From an uncultured Chloroflexia bacterium (GTDB lineage Bacteria > Chloroflexota > Limnocylindria > Limnocylindrales > CSP1-4), in NCBI GenBank assembly GCA_963714835.1, contig CAVQPX010000004.1, forward strand, positions 142,767-206,766: a stretch of DNA of 64,000 nucleotides, in the 5' to 3' direction. Position 1 is the first letter of the stretch; every line of letters begins with the position of its first letter. The position numbers and the translations under genes are program-made. The notes under the pieces were generated by a model. That model did no database searches. It was given only the letters and a program-made list of their open reading frames with translations, and was not told where the DNA came from. Of the stretch, positions 1-15,811 are shown piece by piece.

Positions 1-310
1 GGGCCGGACGAACAGCATCGAGAGGTACCAGACGCGCTCGCGTGACGACCGCCGACCCGAACGCGAGCAACTCCTCGTGCTCGTCGGGATCACGCCGAAA
101 CGCCACGACGAACCGCTCCGGATCGGTGGCCAGGGTGTGGGTGTGGAGGCGGCCCAGCCGTCCGACCGCCCCCTGCTCGTCCGGGATGAGGGGCTGGTTC
201 AACCGGACGAGATAGTCGTTGATCCCGTCGCGCCACAGGCGTGCACAGGCAGGCAGGTCGGCCTCGAGCGCCGGACGAAACGAGGTCCCGGCCGGTACCT
301 CGAGGGTCAT
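1..310 (-). pseudogene. GNAT-family N-acetyltransferase, 5' part (runs off left edge; frame break near 50-56)
   Basis: ATG at 310 overlaps the prfB stop (ATGA). It translates [40 protein letters not shown]...FVVAF... and then, in another frame, [14 protein letters not shown], a GNAT-like pattern. Confidence 0.5.
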
Positions 311-1452
311 GCCACCGGGACGCCGCCGCCCGGCGGCTCGTCCTCGTCGGTTGGCGGCCGGTTCGTCGCGAGACGCTCCAGTTCCGCCTGCATGAAGGCA
401 TCGAGGTCGCCGTCGAGCACGGCGCCGGTGTTCGACGGTCTCGTGGTTGCTGCGCAGGTCCTTGACCATCTGGTAGGGGTGGAGCACGTAGCTCCTGATC
501 TGGTTGCCCCAGCCCGCCTCGACATGCTCGCCACTGATCGGCGGAGCGCCGCCTCCTTCTCCTCGAGCGCCCGCTCGAGCAGGCGGGCCTTGAGGACCCG
601 GATCGCCGTCTCCTTGTTCTGGGTCTGGCTCCGCTCGTTCTGGCTCTGGGCGACGATCCCCGTCGGGATGTGGGTCAGGCGCACGGCGGAGTCGGTCTTG
701 TTCACGTGCTGGCCGCCGGCGCCCTGCGAGCGGTACGTGTCCACCCGGATCTCGTCCCAGTTGAGTCTCGATCTCGATGTCGTCCTCGACCTGGGGCAGG
801 ACTTCGACGAGGCCGAACGTGGTCTGGCGCCGGTTCTGCGCGTCGTACGGGCTGATCCGGACGAGCCGATGGACGCCCGCGCTCGCGCGCAGCCAGCCGT
901 AGGCGTACCGCCCGTCGACCGAGACCGTCGCGCTCTTGATCCCCGCCTGCTCGCCCTCCTGCTGGTCGAGGATCTCCGTCTTGAATCGATCGACGCTCGG
1001 CCCAGCGCAGGTACATCCGAAGGAGCATCTCGGCCCAGTCGGTGGCTTCGGTGCCGCCGGCACCGGCGCTGATCGTGAGCAGCGCGTAGTGATCGTCGTA
1101 CTCGCCCGAGAAGAGGAGCTGCGTCCGCTCGCGCTCGAAATCGCGAAGCAGCGCGGCGCCGTCGCGCTCCAGCTCGCGGGCGAGCTCCGTGTCACCCGAC
1201 TCGTCGATGAGCTCGCGCAGGGTGGCCAGTTCGTCGGCGCGCGAAGCAAGGACCTGCCAGGTCTCGATCTCGTTGCGCAACGCGTCCGCCTCGCGCAGGA
1301 CCTTCTGGGCGGCGATCTGGTCGTCCCAGAAGCCCGGCTCCTGGGTCTGGGTCTCGAGCTGGGTCAGGCGGCGCTGACGAGCCTCGAGGTCAAAGATGCC
1401 CCGATGTCGACCGGATCCGCTCGGCCAGGTCGCGAATGGCGGACGAGTCCAC
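307..1452 (-). pseudogene. prfB: peptide chain release factor 2; programmed +1 frameshift plus four unprogrammed frame breaks (~988, ~765, ~540, ~438)
   Basis: ORFs 702..1280 and 307..744 carry RF2 motifs ([26 protein letters not shown]; [28 protein letters not shown]). GTG at 1452 gives 20 codons and then CTT TGA C. The remaining conserved segments (FKTEILD.., [19 protein letters not shown]) lie in other frames. Confidence 0.92.
1389..1404 (-). promoter_or_regulatory. prfB: RF2 programmed +1 ribosomal frameshift site (TCGGGGCAT CTT TGA C)
   Basis: The minus strand reads ...TCG GGG CAT CTT TGA CCT CGA G.. Skipping the T restores the frame of ORF 702..1280 (1391 is in phase with 1280). An SD-like GGGG lies 3 nt upstream, as in the E. 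coli site. Confidence 0.85.
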
Positions 1453-1677
1453 CTAGTTGCGGCCCTGGATGTCCTGGAGGAGGAGCGGACGGAGCTCGAT
1501 CAGCCGGAGGGCCGTCTTGCTGCGGGCGACGACGGGGTTCACGCACGGACAGTAGCCGTTGTGTGGACAGACGCCGCAGTTGCCATCGCAATCGAGGGCT
1601 GCGGCGTAGCTGCAATTGCGACAATCGCGCTCACAGGCGATCAAGTCGACGAACGATGCTTCCTCGGCCTGCTTCAC
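1453..1677 (-). CDS. small cysteine-rich protein (74 aa, 8 Cys; two Cx3Cx2C motifs), putative metal/Fe-S binding
   Basis: Part of ORF 1453..1797. GTG at 1677 follows GAGGGA. Sequence: VKQAEEASFVDLIACERDCRNCSYAAALDCDGNCGVCPHNGYCPCVNPV... The TAG stop is immediately followed by the prfB GTG. Confidence 0.5.
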   Translation of the reverse strand: MKQAEEASFVDLIACERDCRNCSYAAALDCDGNCGVCPHNGYCPCVNPVVARSKTALRLIELRPLLLQDIQGRN

Positions 1678-1768
1678 ACATCCCTCACTGTGATCGGGTC
1701 GGACGGATTTGGGCGCGCGTCGTGTCGGGCGGGGCCACTTCGGACCCTGCGAGCGGGAAGTTTTTCGA

Positions 1769-1797
1769 AGTATAGGGGAGCGAATTGAACACGCCAA
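1769..1797 (-). promoter_or_regulatory. candidate sigma70-type promoter TTGGCG-17 nt-TATACT for Cys-rich ORF/prfB
   Basis: Minus strand: ccTTGGCGtgttcaattcgctccccTATACTtcg, in the least GC-rich patch of this gap. Confidence 0.35.
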
Positions 1798-1873
1798 GGG
1801 GGCAGACGGGGTTCTTTCTGATCCGATTCACCATGCGGGACGGCGGACGGGCCCGATTCGTCCCGGATCGCCC

Positions 1874-2479
1874 TCACCGCGGGTCGCGACCGCCCTCGAC
1901 GAAGTAGACCGCGAGCGCCCCCAACTCGTGGATCGCGGCATCAAGCCGACGTGCGGGATCGGCGTCCGTCGGGCTCGTGTCGGTGGGCGAACCCCAGGCC
2001 GTGAGCCCCTCGTCCGTGGCGATCCGCAGTGAGCGCAGCATGTGGGTCCGATCGGACACGACCACGGCGCTCTCGACCCCGGCGTCGCGCAACAGCGCGC
2101 CGACGGCGCGCAGGGACTCGCGTGTGGTCCGGCCGCGGTCCTCCAGGAGGATCGCCGATGCGGGCACGCCGTGGGCGATCGCGTAGGCGCGTCCGGCGGC
2201 CGCCTCGGTCGTGCGATCCCCGGCGGCCTTGCCGCCGGTCACCACGAAGATCGGAGCGATGCCCTCGAGATAGAGGTCCACCGCGTGGGACAGGCGCGCG
2301 GCGAAGACCGGCGACGGCACCCCGTTGTACTGGGCGGCCCCCATGACGACGATGGCGTCGACCGGGCGAGCCTCCTCGGCGGCTCCCTGCTGCCAGATCC
2401 GGAACATCGTGTAGCCGGCGGACAGGCCCGCTCCCAGGACGAGCGCGGCGAACAGCAGCGTGAGGTCGCGCCGCATCAC
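1874..2479 (-). CDS. DUF218 (YdcF/ElyC/SanA-like) membrane-anchored protein
   Basis: 201-aa ORF with an N-terminal TM helix, then DAIVVMGAAQYNGVPSPVFAARLSHAVDLYLEGIAPIFVVTGG...TTEAAAGRAYAIAHGVPASAILLEDRGRTTRES. Confidence 0.75.
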   Translation of the reverse strand: MMRRDLTLLFAALVLGAGLSAGYTMFRIWQQGAAEEARPVDAIVVMGAAQYNGVPSPVFAARLSHAVDLYLEGIAPIFVVTGGKAAGDRTTEAAAGRAYAIAHGVPASAILLEDRGRTTRESLRAVGALLRDAGVESAVVVSDRTHMLRSLRIATDEGLTAWGSPTDTSPTDADPARRLDAAIHELGALAVYFVEGGRDPR

Positions 2480-2510
2480 CGGACCGCCGCTGGTCGCGGG
2501 TGCGTCCGGA

Positions 2511-5519
<3,009 letters not shown>

Positions 5520-5719
5520 GGCCGGTGAAGTATAGGTCGAGTCGCCGTGTGAGCCCCGACAGCGTCCCGCACGGCCCGACGGCGACCTCTCTCTCCTAGC
5601 CTCGCACGAGGTCGAGCGAGAACTCGAGGGTCGCGTTGTCGTCCACCGACACGAAGCCCGCGATGCTCGGCGGGGTCATGCCGAAGTCGGAGAACGGGAA
5701 GGTCAGCGCCCGATCCCCG

Positions 5720-5971
5720 TCAGCTCCAGAACCCCGTTCCATAACCCACGACGATGATCCCGAAGGTCGCGCCCGCGAGAACGAGCCAGAACAGCACGGA
5801 GCGCAGCACCGAGGTCGGATTCATCTCGGGGTTCTTCAGTGCGGGCAGCCGACCGTCCTTGAGCGCCGAACCCCAGCGCGGTGACTGGAGCTGGTTGTGC
5901 CAGTTCTGGCCCTCGACGGGCCGCGGTTCGACGCCGCCCTTGCCGTCGGGTCGGTGGAGCTGAAGGGTCAT
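5720..5971 (-). CDS. small hypothetical membrane protein (83 aa, C-terminal TM helix)
   Basis: The ATG overlaps the prs stop (ATGA). Sequence: [13 protein letters not shown]...SVLRSVLFWLVLAGATFGIIVVGYGTGFWS. I recognise no family. Confidence 0.4.
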   Translation of the reverse strand: MTLQLHRPDGKGGVEPRPVEGQNWHNQLQSPRWGSALKDGRLPALKNPEMNPTSVLRSVLFWLVLAGATFGIIVVGYGTGFWS

Positions 5972-7074
5972 CGGTCTCCCTGCTGGGCCGAGGCGAGCGC
6001 CTCGCGATCGTCGGCGGGCAGATGGTCCGGCTCGTTGCGGAGGTCCAGCTTGCGCGCCACGCCATCCTCCCACAGGACCATCTCCTGGGTGAACGACACC
6101 TCGCTGCTGAACAGCGCCCCGACGGATTCGCCGCGGTGGATGCGCTTGATCGCCTCGCCGATGAGCGGCGCGACGGACAGCGTGGTGAGCTTCGGCAGCC
6201 GCTTGGCTGGCGGCAGCGGCACGGAGTCGGTCATGACGACCTCGATCAGGCTCGAGTCGCGGATCCGTTCGACCGCGGGATCGCTCAGGACACCATGCGT
6301 GCAGCACGCGTAGATCTCGGTCACGCCCTCACGCTCGAGCGCGCGGACGATCTCGACGAGCGTCCCGCCGGTGTCGATCTCGTCGTCCACGATGATCGCC
6401 CGTTTGCCGCGCACGTCGCCGATGACGTTCATCAGCTCGGCCCGGTCGAGATTACCGACGCGGCGCTTCTCGATGATCGCCAGCGGCGCGTCGAGGATCT
6501 CGGCGAACGCCCGGGCGCGCTTCGCGAACCCGAGGTCCGTGACGATGACGAGGTCCTCGAGATGCTTGTGCTTGAAGTAGTTCGAGAGCATGTGGACGGC
6601 GGTCAGCTCGTCGACGGGGATGTTGAAGAACCCCTGGATCTGGCCCTGGTGGAGGTCCATCGTCAGGACGCGATCGGCACCGGCCACGGTCATCATGTCG
6701 GCGACGAGCCGGGCCGTGATCGGGACCCGCGGCTGGTCCTTCTTGTCCGACCGCCCGTAGGCGTAGTACGGCACGACCGCCGTGATCCGCCCGGCGCTGG
6801 CGCGCTTGAAGGCGTCGATCATGATCAGGAGCTCCATGATCGACTGGTTCACCGGCCGGCTGGTCGGCTGGACGATGAAGACGTCCTTCTCGCGGACGTT
6901 GTCGAGGATCTTGACGAAGATGTTCTCGTTCGCGAACTGGAAGACCTCGAGGCGACCGGGTTCGGTGCCCAGGTAGCGGCAGATCTTGCGAGCCAGATCC
7001 GGGTTCGAGTTCCCGAAGTAGATCTCGAACTGGTCGGAGTACACAGGCGTCTCCCGCTCGCCGAAGGACCTCAC
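5968..7074 (-). CDS. prs: ribose-phosphate pyrophosphokinase
   Basis: Intact 368-aa ORF with [41 protein letters not shown] and [12 protein letters not shown]. It has a ~50-aa C-terminal extension. Confidence 0.95.
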   Translation of the reverse strand: MRSFGERETPVYSDQFEIYFGNSNPDLARKICRYLGTEPGRLEVFQFANENIFVKILDNVREKDVFIVQPTSRPVNQSIMELLIMIDAFKRASAGRITAVVPYYAYGRSDKKDQPRVPITARLVADMMTVAGADRVLTMDLHQGQIQGFFNIPVDELTAVHMLSNYFKHKHLEDLVIVTDLGFAKRARAFAEILDAPLAIIEKRRVGNLDRAELMNVIGDVRGKRAIIVDDEIDTGGTLVEIVRALEREGVTEIYACCTHGVLSDPAVERIRDSSLIEVVMTDSVPLPPAKRLPKLTTLSVAPLIGEAIKRIHRGESVGALFSSEVSFTQEMVLWEDGVARKLDLRNEPDHLPADDREALASAQQGDR

Positions 7075-9650
7075 GACTCCTTCGAGCCGTTCGCCGGTCC
7101 GGCACCGGAAGGTGTCGAGCCGGGCGCCTCCGGGTCGTCATTGTCGCCGATGCCCCGGCCCTCCGCCAGTCCCGCGCGGAATGCGGCGATGGCGACCACC
7201 CGGTCGCCTTCGGCGAGGCGCATGACGATCACGCCACGTGCGCTCGACGAATAGCGATTGATCGAGTTCGTCTCGGTTCGGATGACCTGGCCGCCGGCCG
7301 AGATGAGCAACAGCTCGTCGTCGTTCTCGGTGACCTGCTGGACGGCCGCGACGTCGCCGGTCTTGCGGCCCTCGAGCGACATGAGGCCCACGCCCTGGCC
7401 GCCGCGGTGCTTCTTGCGGAACTCGGTGAGCGGGACCCGCTTGCCGTAGCCCGTCTCCGAGAGGACGAGGAGGTCGGCCTCCGGGTCGACGACGCTCATC
7501 GAGACGACCGCGTCGCCCTGGCGGGCCAGGCGGATCCCGATCACGCCGGCCGCATCTCGGCCCATCGCGCGGACCTCCGACTCAGCGAACCGCGCGAGCT
7601 TGCCCTTCGCGGTGGCGATGATCACGTCGTCGCGCCCGGTCGAGACGTCGACCCACGCCAGCTCGTCATCGTCGTTGATCGTGATCGCCCGGATCCCGGA
7701 CGAGCGGACCCGCTCGAACTGCTCGAGCGGCGTCTTCTTGATGATCCCCTTGCGGGTCGCCAGCACGAGATAGCTGCCTTTCTCGAAGTTCGGCAGCATG
7801 ATCGTCGCCATCGGGACTTCGCCGGCCTCCACCTGGACCCCGGGCAGGTTGATGATCGGCAGGCCCTTCGCCTGGCGGCTGGCGTCCGGGATCTGGTGGA
7901 CCTTCGTGCTGAACACCCGGCCACGGTTCGTGAAGAAGAGCGCCCAGTCGTGCGTGTTCGCGACGAGGAGATGCTCGACGGCGTCCTCCTCGCGGGTCAC
8001 GTGACCGATGATCCCCTTGCCGCCGCGATGCTGCCGCCGGTAGGTGTCCACGGGCTGGCGCTTGATGTAGCCGCGCCCGGAGATCGTCACCACGACGTCC
8101 TCGTCCGCGATGAGGTCCTCGTCGGTCATCTCACGGGATGAGTCGTCCTCGACCCGGGTACGTCGCTCGCCGGCATGCTTGCGCTTCAGCTCGGCGAGTT
8201 CGTCCTTGATGATGGCGAGCACACGCGCCGGGTTCGCGAGGATGTCCTCGAGCTCGGCGATGAGCTGGATGACCTGCAGGTACTCGTCCTCGATCTTCTT
8301 GCGCTCGAGCGCCGCGAGGCGCGCCAGCCGCAGGTCGAGGATCGCCTGGGCCTGGAGTTCGGACAGGTCGAACCGGGTCATGAGGTTCGTGCGCGCGACA
8401 TCGCTGTCGGCGGATTCGCGGATCGTCTTGATCACCGCATCGAGGTGGTCGAGCGCGATCTTGAGACCTTCGAGGATGTGGGCCCGCGCGCGCGCCTTTC
8501 CGAGGTCGTACTCGGTCCGCCGGCGCACGATCTCGCGCCGATGCTCGACGTAGTGCTGCAGCACGGCCTTGAGCGACAGGGTCTGCGGCTGTCCGTCGAC
8601 CAGCGCGAGCATGTTCATGTTGAACGCGCTCTGCAGCGACGTGTGCTTGAACAGGTTGTTGAGCACTTTGTGAGGATTGGCGTCGCGCTTGATCTCGATG
8701 TACATGCGCATCCCGTCGCGATCCGATTCATCGCGCAGGTCGGAGATGCCCTCGAGCTTCTTGTCCTTCACGAGATCGGCGATCTTCTCGAGCAGGGACG
8801 CCTTGTTCACCTGGTAGGGAAGTTCGGTGACGATGATCGCCATCCGGTCCCCGCGCACCTCTTCGAACGCGACCTGGGCGCGCATGACGACGCGGCCACG
8901 GCCGTGCGCATACATCTGGCGGATCGCGTCGATCGTCTCCTGCTCGCCGGTGATCGGGTTGCGTTGCTGTTCGAAGCGGTAGATCGTGCCGCCGGTCGGG
9001 AAGTCGGGACCGTGCACGATCTGGGAGAGACCGTCCGAGGTGATCTCGGGATCCTCGATGATCGCGATCGTCGCGTCGCAGATCTCCCCGAGGTGGTGCG
9101 GCGGGATGTTCGTGGCCATCCCGACGGCGATGCCCGTGGAACCGTTGACGAGGAGGCTCGGCAGGCGGGCCGGGAGCACGCTCGGCTCACGCTGGGTGCC
9201 GTCGTAGTTGTCGACGAAGTCGACCGTCTCCTTGTCGATGTCGACGAGCATCTCGCCCGCGATCGCGGTGAGGCGCGCCTCGGTGTAGCGCATCGCGGCC
9301 GCAGAATCGCCGTCGACGGAGCCGAAGTTGCCCTGCCCGTCGACCAGCGGGTAGCGCATCGAGAAGTCCTGGGCCAGCCGGACGAGCGCGTCGTACAGGG
9401 CGACGTCGCCGTGCGGGTGGTACTTGCCCATCACTTCGCCGACGATCGCGGCGCACTTGCGGTACGAGCTCGTCGACGAGAGGCCCATCTCCCCCATCGT
9501 GTGCAGGATCCGGCGGTGAACAGGCTTCAGGCCGTCCCGTACGTCGGGCAGCGCGCGGGCCACGATCACGCTCATCGCGTAATCGAGGTAGCTCACCCGC
9601 ATCTCGTCCTCGATGCGGATGCCCCGGATGTCGCCCAGGTTGTCGGTCAC
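7071..9650 (-). CDS. gyrA: DNA gyrase subunit A
   Basis: Intact 859-aa ORF with [21 protein letters not shown] and GyrA-type C-terminal repeats. Confidence 0.97.
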   Translation of the reverse strand: MTDNLGDIRGIRIEDEMRVSYLDYAMSVIVARALPDVRDGLKPVHRRILHTMGEMGLSSTSSYRKCAAIVGEVMGKYHPHGDVALYDALVRLAQDFSMRYPLVDGQGNFGSVDGDSAAAMRYTEARLTAIAGEMLVDIDKETVDFVDNYDGTQREPSVLPARLPSLLVNGSTGIAVGMATNIPPHHLGEICDATIAIIEDPEITSDGLSQIVHGPDFPTGGTIYRFEQQRNPITGEQETIDAIRQMYAHGRGRVVMRAQVAFEEVRGDRMAIIVTELPYQVNKASLLEKIADLVKDKKLEGISDLRDESDRDGMRMYIEIKRDANPHKVLNNLFKHTSLQSAFNMNMLALVDGQPQTLSLKAVLQHYVEHRREIVRRRTEYDLGKARARAHILEGLKIALDHLDAVIKTIRESADSDVARTNLMTRFDLSELQAQAILDLRLARLAALERKKIEDEYLQVIQLIAELEDILANPARVLAIIKDELAELKRKHAGERRTRVEDDSSREMTDEDLIADEDVVVTISGRGYIKRQPVDTYRRQHRGGKGIIGHVTREEDAVEHLLVANTHDWALFFTNRGRVFSTKVHQIPDASRQAKGLPIINLPGVQVEAGEVPMATIMLPNFEKGSYLVLATRKGIIKKTPLEQFERVRSSGIRAITINDDDELAWVDVSTGRDDVIIATAKGKLARFAESEVRAMGRDAAGVIGIRLARQGDAVVSMSVVDPEADLLVLSETGYGKRVPLTEFRKKHRGGQGVGLMSLEGRKTGDVAAVQQVTENDDELLLISAGGQVIRTETNSINRYSSSARGVIVMRLAEGDRVVAIAAFRAGLAEGRGIGDNDDPEAPGSTPSGAGPANGSKES

Positions 9651-9675
9651 GGATCAGCTCTCCTGCGGTGGTCGG

Positions 9676-10718
9676 TCAGCCGAGCGGGGGCTCGGGGTGG
9701 TTGCGCGGGTCGGGAAGGTCGCCGAAGCGCGCCCCGATCGCGGCCGCCTCGGACGTCGAGGGTTCCGAGCTCGATCGGCGCAGTCCGCCCAGGCGCGCTC
9801 GGAGGCGCCGGGCATCGCTTGCCGGCAACTTGGACAGGGCGTCGCGGATGACCCATGCGCGGTGGCCGTCGCCATGCCGTGCGGCCGTCTCCGTCTCCAG
9901 CTCGAGGGCGCGAAGGGTCGCCTCCGGGTGGACCTCGGCGACGGTCCGATAGGCCCACGACAGCGCCTTCTGGACATCCGGTTCCGCGTCGCCGATGAGC
10001 CGGGCAATGAGCGTCAGGCCCTGGGTCGCCATCTCAGGGGTCCGGCCGCGTGCACGGTCCGTGTGCGGGATCGTGGCGATCGTGGATCCGACGAGCCGAC
10101 GCTCCCAGCGTGACGGCGAGTACACGAGCTGCTCGAGCTCCGCCCAGCGGAACCGGGCGTCGAGCACTCCCCTCGCGTACGGCCGCGCCAGCGTGTCGAC
10201 CGTCACCCACTCGTCCGCGGCGCGGGCGGCGCGGCGCATCAGCTGCCAGGTGCGTTCCGGATCGCGGAGGACCAGCCGCTCGAACAACCCGAACGCCAGC
10301 CAGTGCGCTTCGCGGTACTCCTCGCGCAGCGATCGATCGGCGATCGCGAGCAGGGGTGCCGGTCGATCGCCGCGGGTCGCCGACTTCAGGCCGGACCCGA
10401 CCGCCGCGAGGAGCGGGGTCCGGATCCCGAGCGTGGGACCGATCCCGGGCGCCACGAAGCGCTGGCCCTCGATGTACACGGGATCGGCAAGCGTCGCCAG
10501 GCCACGGCGCAGGGCAGCGACGAACCCCTCGGGATCGCCGACGTGCTCGGCCAGCTCGACACCCAGGGCGCGGGCAGCGCTTCGACGGGCCGCCACGAAC
10601 GCCGTTGCGCGCGCCGTCGCCGCGGAGGCGTGTTTCGCGGCAGGTTTCGCGCCACGCTCCGGTCGCTCTGGTCCTGCCGGGTCCGTCACGGGTGCCGGTC
10701 GTTCGAGCACACCACTGG

Positions 10719-10722
<4 letters not shown>
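9676..10722 (-). CDS. DNA alkylation repair (AlkD-like, HEAT-repeat) family protein
   Basis: 348-aa ORF with helical-repeat character and blocks such as EWVTVDTLA, SPSRWERRLVGSTIATIPH and DVQKALSWAYR, typical of the DNA_alkylation family. Assigned from memory only. Confidence 0.5.
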
Positions 10723-14050
<3,328 letters not shown>

Positions 14051-14054
<4 letters not shown>

Positions 14055-14998
14055 GACTCCACCGCAGCCAGTGGTCGGTCGGCCGCCTCGGTCGCGCCCC
14101 AGCCCGAGGGCCACGCACTCGTGGAGATCGGAGTTCCGGGGTCGCCTGGATCTCGTCCGGTGGCTCCTGCGGCGCGGCCCTCTGCCGCACTGCCTCCGGC
14201 CGCTGTCGCACCGGGCGTCCCGGTCGCGCGTGAACCTCGAAGGCGACCGCGCAGTTCGTCCCCGAGGTTCCGATAGGCCTCCGCACCCTTCGACCCGGGG
14301 GCATAGCGCGCGATCGGCAATCCGTGACTGGGTGCCTCCGACAATCGGACGTTGCGCGGGATGACGGTGTCGAAGACCGCTGAGCCGAGATGCCGTCGGA
14401 CCTCGACCTCGACGTCACCGGCCAGATTGGTGCGGCCGTCCGACATCGTGATCACGGCCCCTTCGATCTCGAGCTCGGGGTTGAGATGCTCGCGAACGAG
14501 CTGGATCGTGCCGATGAGCTGGGAGACGCCTTCGAGCGCGTAGTACTCGGCCTGGATGGGGATCAGCACCGAGTCCGCACCGGTGAGCGCATTCACGGTC
14601 AGCAGACCGAGTGACGGCGGGCAATCGATGAAGATGACGTCGTAGGCGGGACGGATGGGCTCGAGGAGGCGGCCGAGGCGACGCTCGCGCTGGTCCATGC
14701 CCGCCAGCTCGACCTCCGCGCCGGCGAGTGCCACGGACGACGGGACGAGGTCGAGACCCTCGATGCCCGTCGGGACGACGAGTTCAGCGAGCGCGACACC
14801 ATCCGTCATCGCGTCGTAGGTGGAGCCGTTGACCGCGGCCGACTGGGCCCCGAACCCGCTCGTGGCATTTCCCTGCGGGTCCAGATCGATCACGAGGACC
14901 CGGTCCCCGGCGAGGGCGAGGTGGGTCGCCAGGTTGACGACCGTCGTCGTTTTTCCGACGCCCCCCTTCTGATTGGCGCAGGCGATCGCTCGGGCCAC
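14051..14998 (-). CDS. parA: chromosome partitioning ATPase ParA/Soj (with ~60-aa low-complexity C-terminal tail)
   Basis: It has the deviant Walker A motif ANQKGGVGKTTT and LVIDLDPQGNAT. The tail RATGTPGATAAGG... may be genuine or caused by an indel. Confidence 0.92.
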
Positions 14999-15097
14999 TC
15001 AGTCACGCATCGCTGTGATGTTCACGTGGTCGATTCTAGCATCGGAGACTCGACGGCCACTTCGCGCGCAGGTCCGGCAAATCGGCGGTCGCGGTGC

Positions 15098-15113
15098 CGT
15101 TTCACGTGAAACG
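15098..15113. promoter_or_regulatory. parS centromere-like site (cGTTTCACGTGAAACg)
   Basis: A perfect 14-bp palindrome GTTTCACGTGAAAC at 15099-15112. It matches the TGTTNCACGTGAAACA consensus at 14 of 16 positions and lies ~100 bp upstream of parA. Confidence 0.8.
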
Positions 15114-15310
15114 ACAGCTGCCGCAGCAAAGCCGCCAGGAGCATGTCGAGCAGGTCCGGGGGCATCGTTGCCGGTCCGTGCAGCCCATGGGATACTGCGC
15201 GCCCGACGCATCAACCGTTGGCTCGCATGCGGCGAGGTGCGGCCGCCGACGTGCCGCCACCAAGCGGGCCGAGAGGCGTCCATCACGAACCACCGAGGAC
15301 CACCGATCCG

Positions 15311-15811
15311 ATGATCATGCTCCTCGCGGCAATCGGCTCCGCGTTTGCCGCGCTGATCGAGCTGAGCTTGACCCCGCACCTCGGTGTCGAGGGCGCCCAC
15401 CCGCACCCGGTCCTGGTCCTGGGGGTCATCTGGACGATCGTCCTGACGGTCGAGAGCGGCTTTGTCTGGGCGTTCGTGGGCGGGATCGTGCTCGATATCC
15501 TCGCCGAGCGCCCCCTCGGGTCGACGGCATTCGCCTTGCTCATCGCCGTCGGCGGTGCCTCGGTCCTCGCACGCTGGATGAGTCGCGTGCGACCGCTCGC
15601 GCCGATCGTCGCCGTCCCGGTCTTTTCGCTCGTGTACTCGCTCGTTCAACTCGGCCTGGTCGGTGCACTGGGCTCTCCGATCCCCGTCGGCGACCCGATC
15701 GGAGCCCTTCTTCCCGGGGTTGGGTACGATCTAGCCCTCGCGGTCGTGATCGGCCCACTCGCGATCGCAGTACGGGATCGCTATACGACAGAGGAGCGGG
15801 TCGACTGGTGA
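15311..15811 (+). CDS. mreD: rod shape-determining protein MreD
   Basis: From ATG 15311 inside ORF 15143..15811. A polytopic small membrane protein directly upstream of PBP2, with an overlapping stop/start (GTGA). Confidence 0.7.
   Translation: MIMLLAAIGSAFAALIELSLTPHLGVEGAHPHPVLVLGVIWTIVLTVESGFVWAFVGGIVLDILAERPLGSTAFALLIAVGGASVLARWMSRVRPLAPIVAVPVFSLVYSLVQLGLVGALGSPIPVGDPIGALLPGVGYDLALAVVIGPLAIAVRDRYTTEERVDW

Noticed and set aside
77-1072. 331-aa plus-strand ORF, and several other 60-280-aa ORFs, overlapping prfB on both strands.
   Set aside because: Their composition is Arg/Ala/Pro/Gly-rich with no recognisable motifs, and they lie antisense or out of frame to a clearly conserved gene. These are typical open-frame artefacts of very GC-rich DNA.
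15016-15031. A second parS-like sequence, TGATGTTCACGTGGTC, near the parA start.
   Set aside because: It shares only the CACGTG core plus a TGTT offset by one base, and the right half-site (GTCGA) does not match GAAACA. It is most likely chance, or at best a degenerate half-site.
14999-15310. oriC itself located in the parA/mreD gap.
   Set aside because: I found no TTATCCACA-like DnaA-box cluster, no AT-rich unwinding element, and no dnaA in the window. The strand switch and parS suggest proximity to the origin only.
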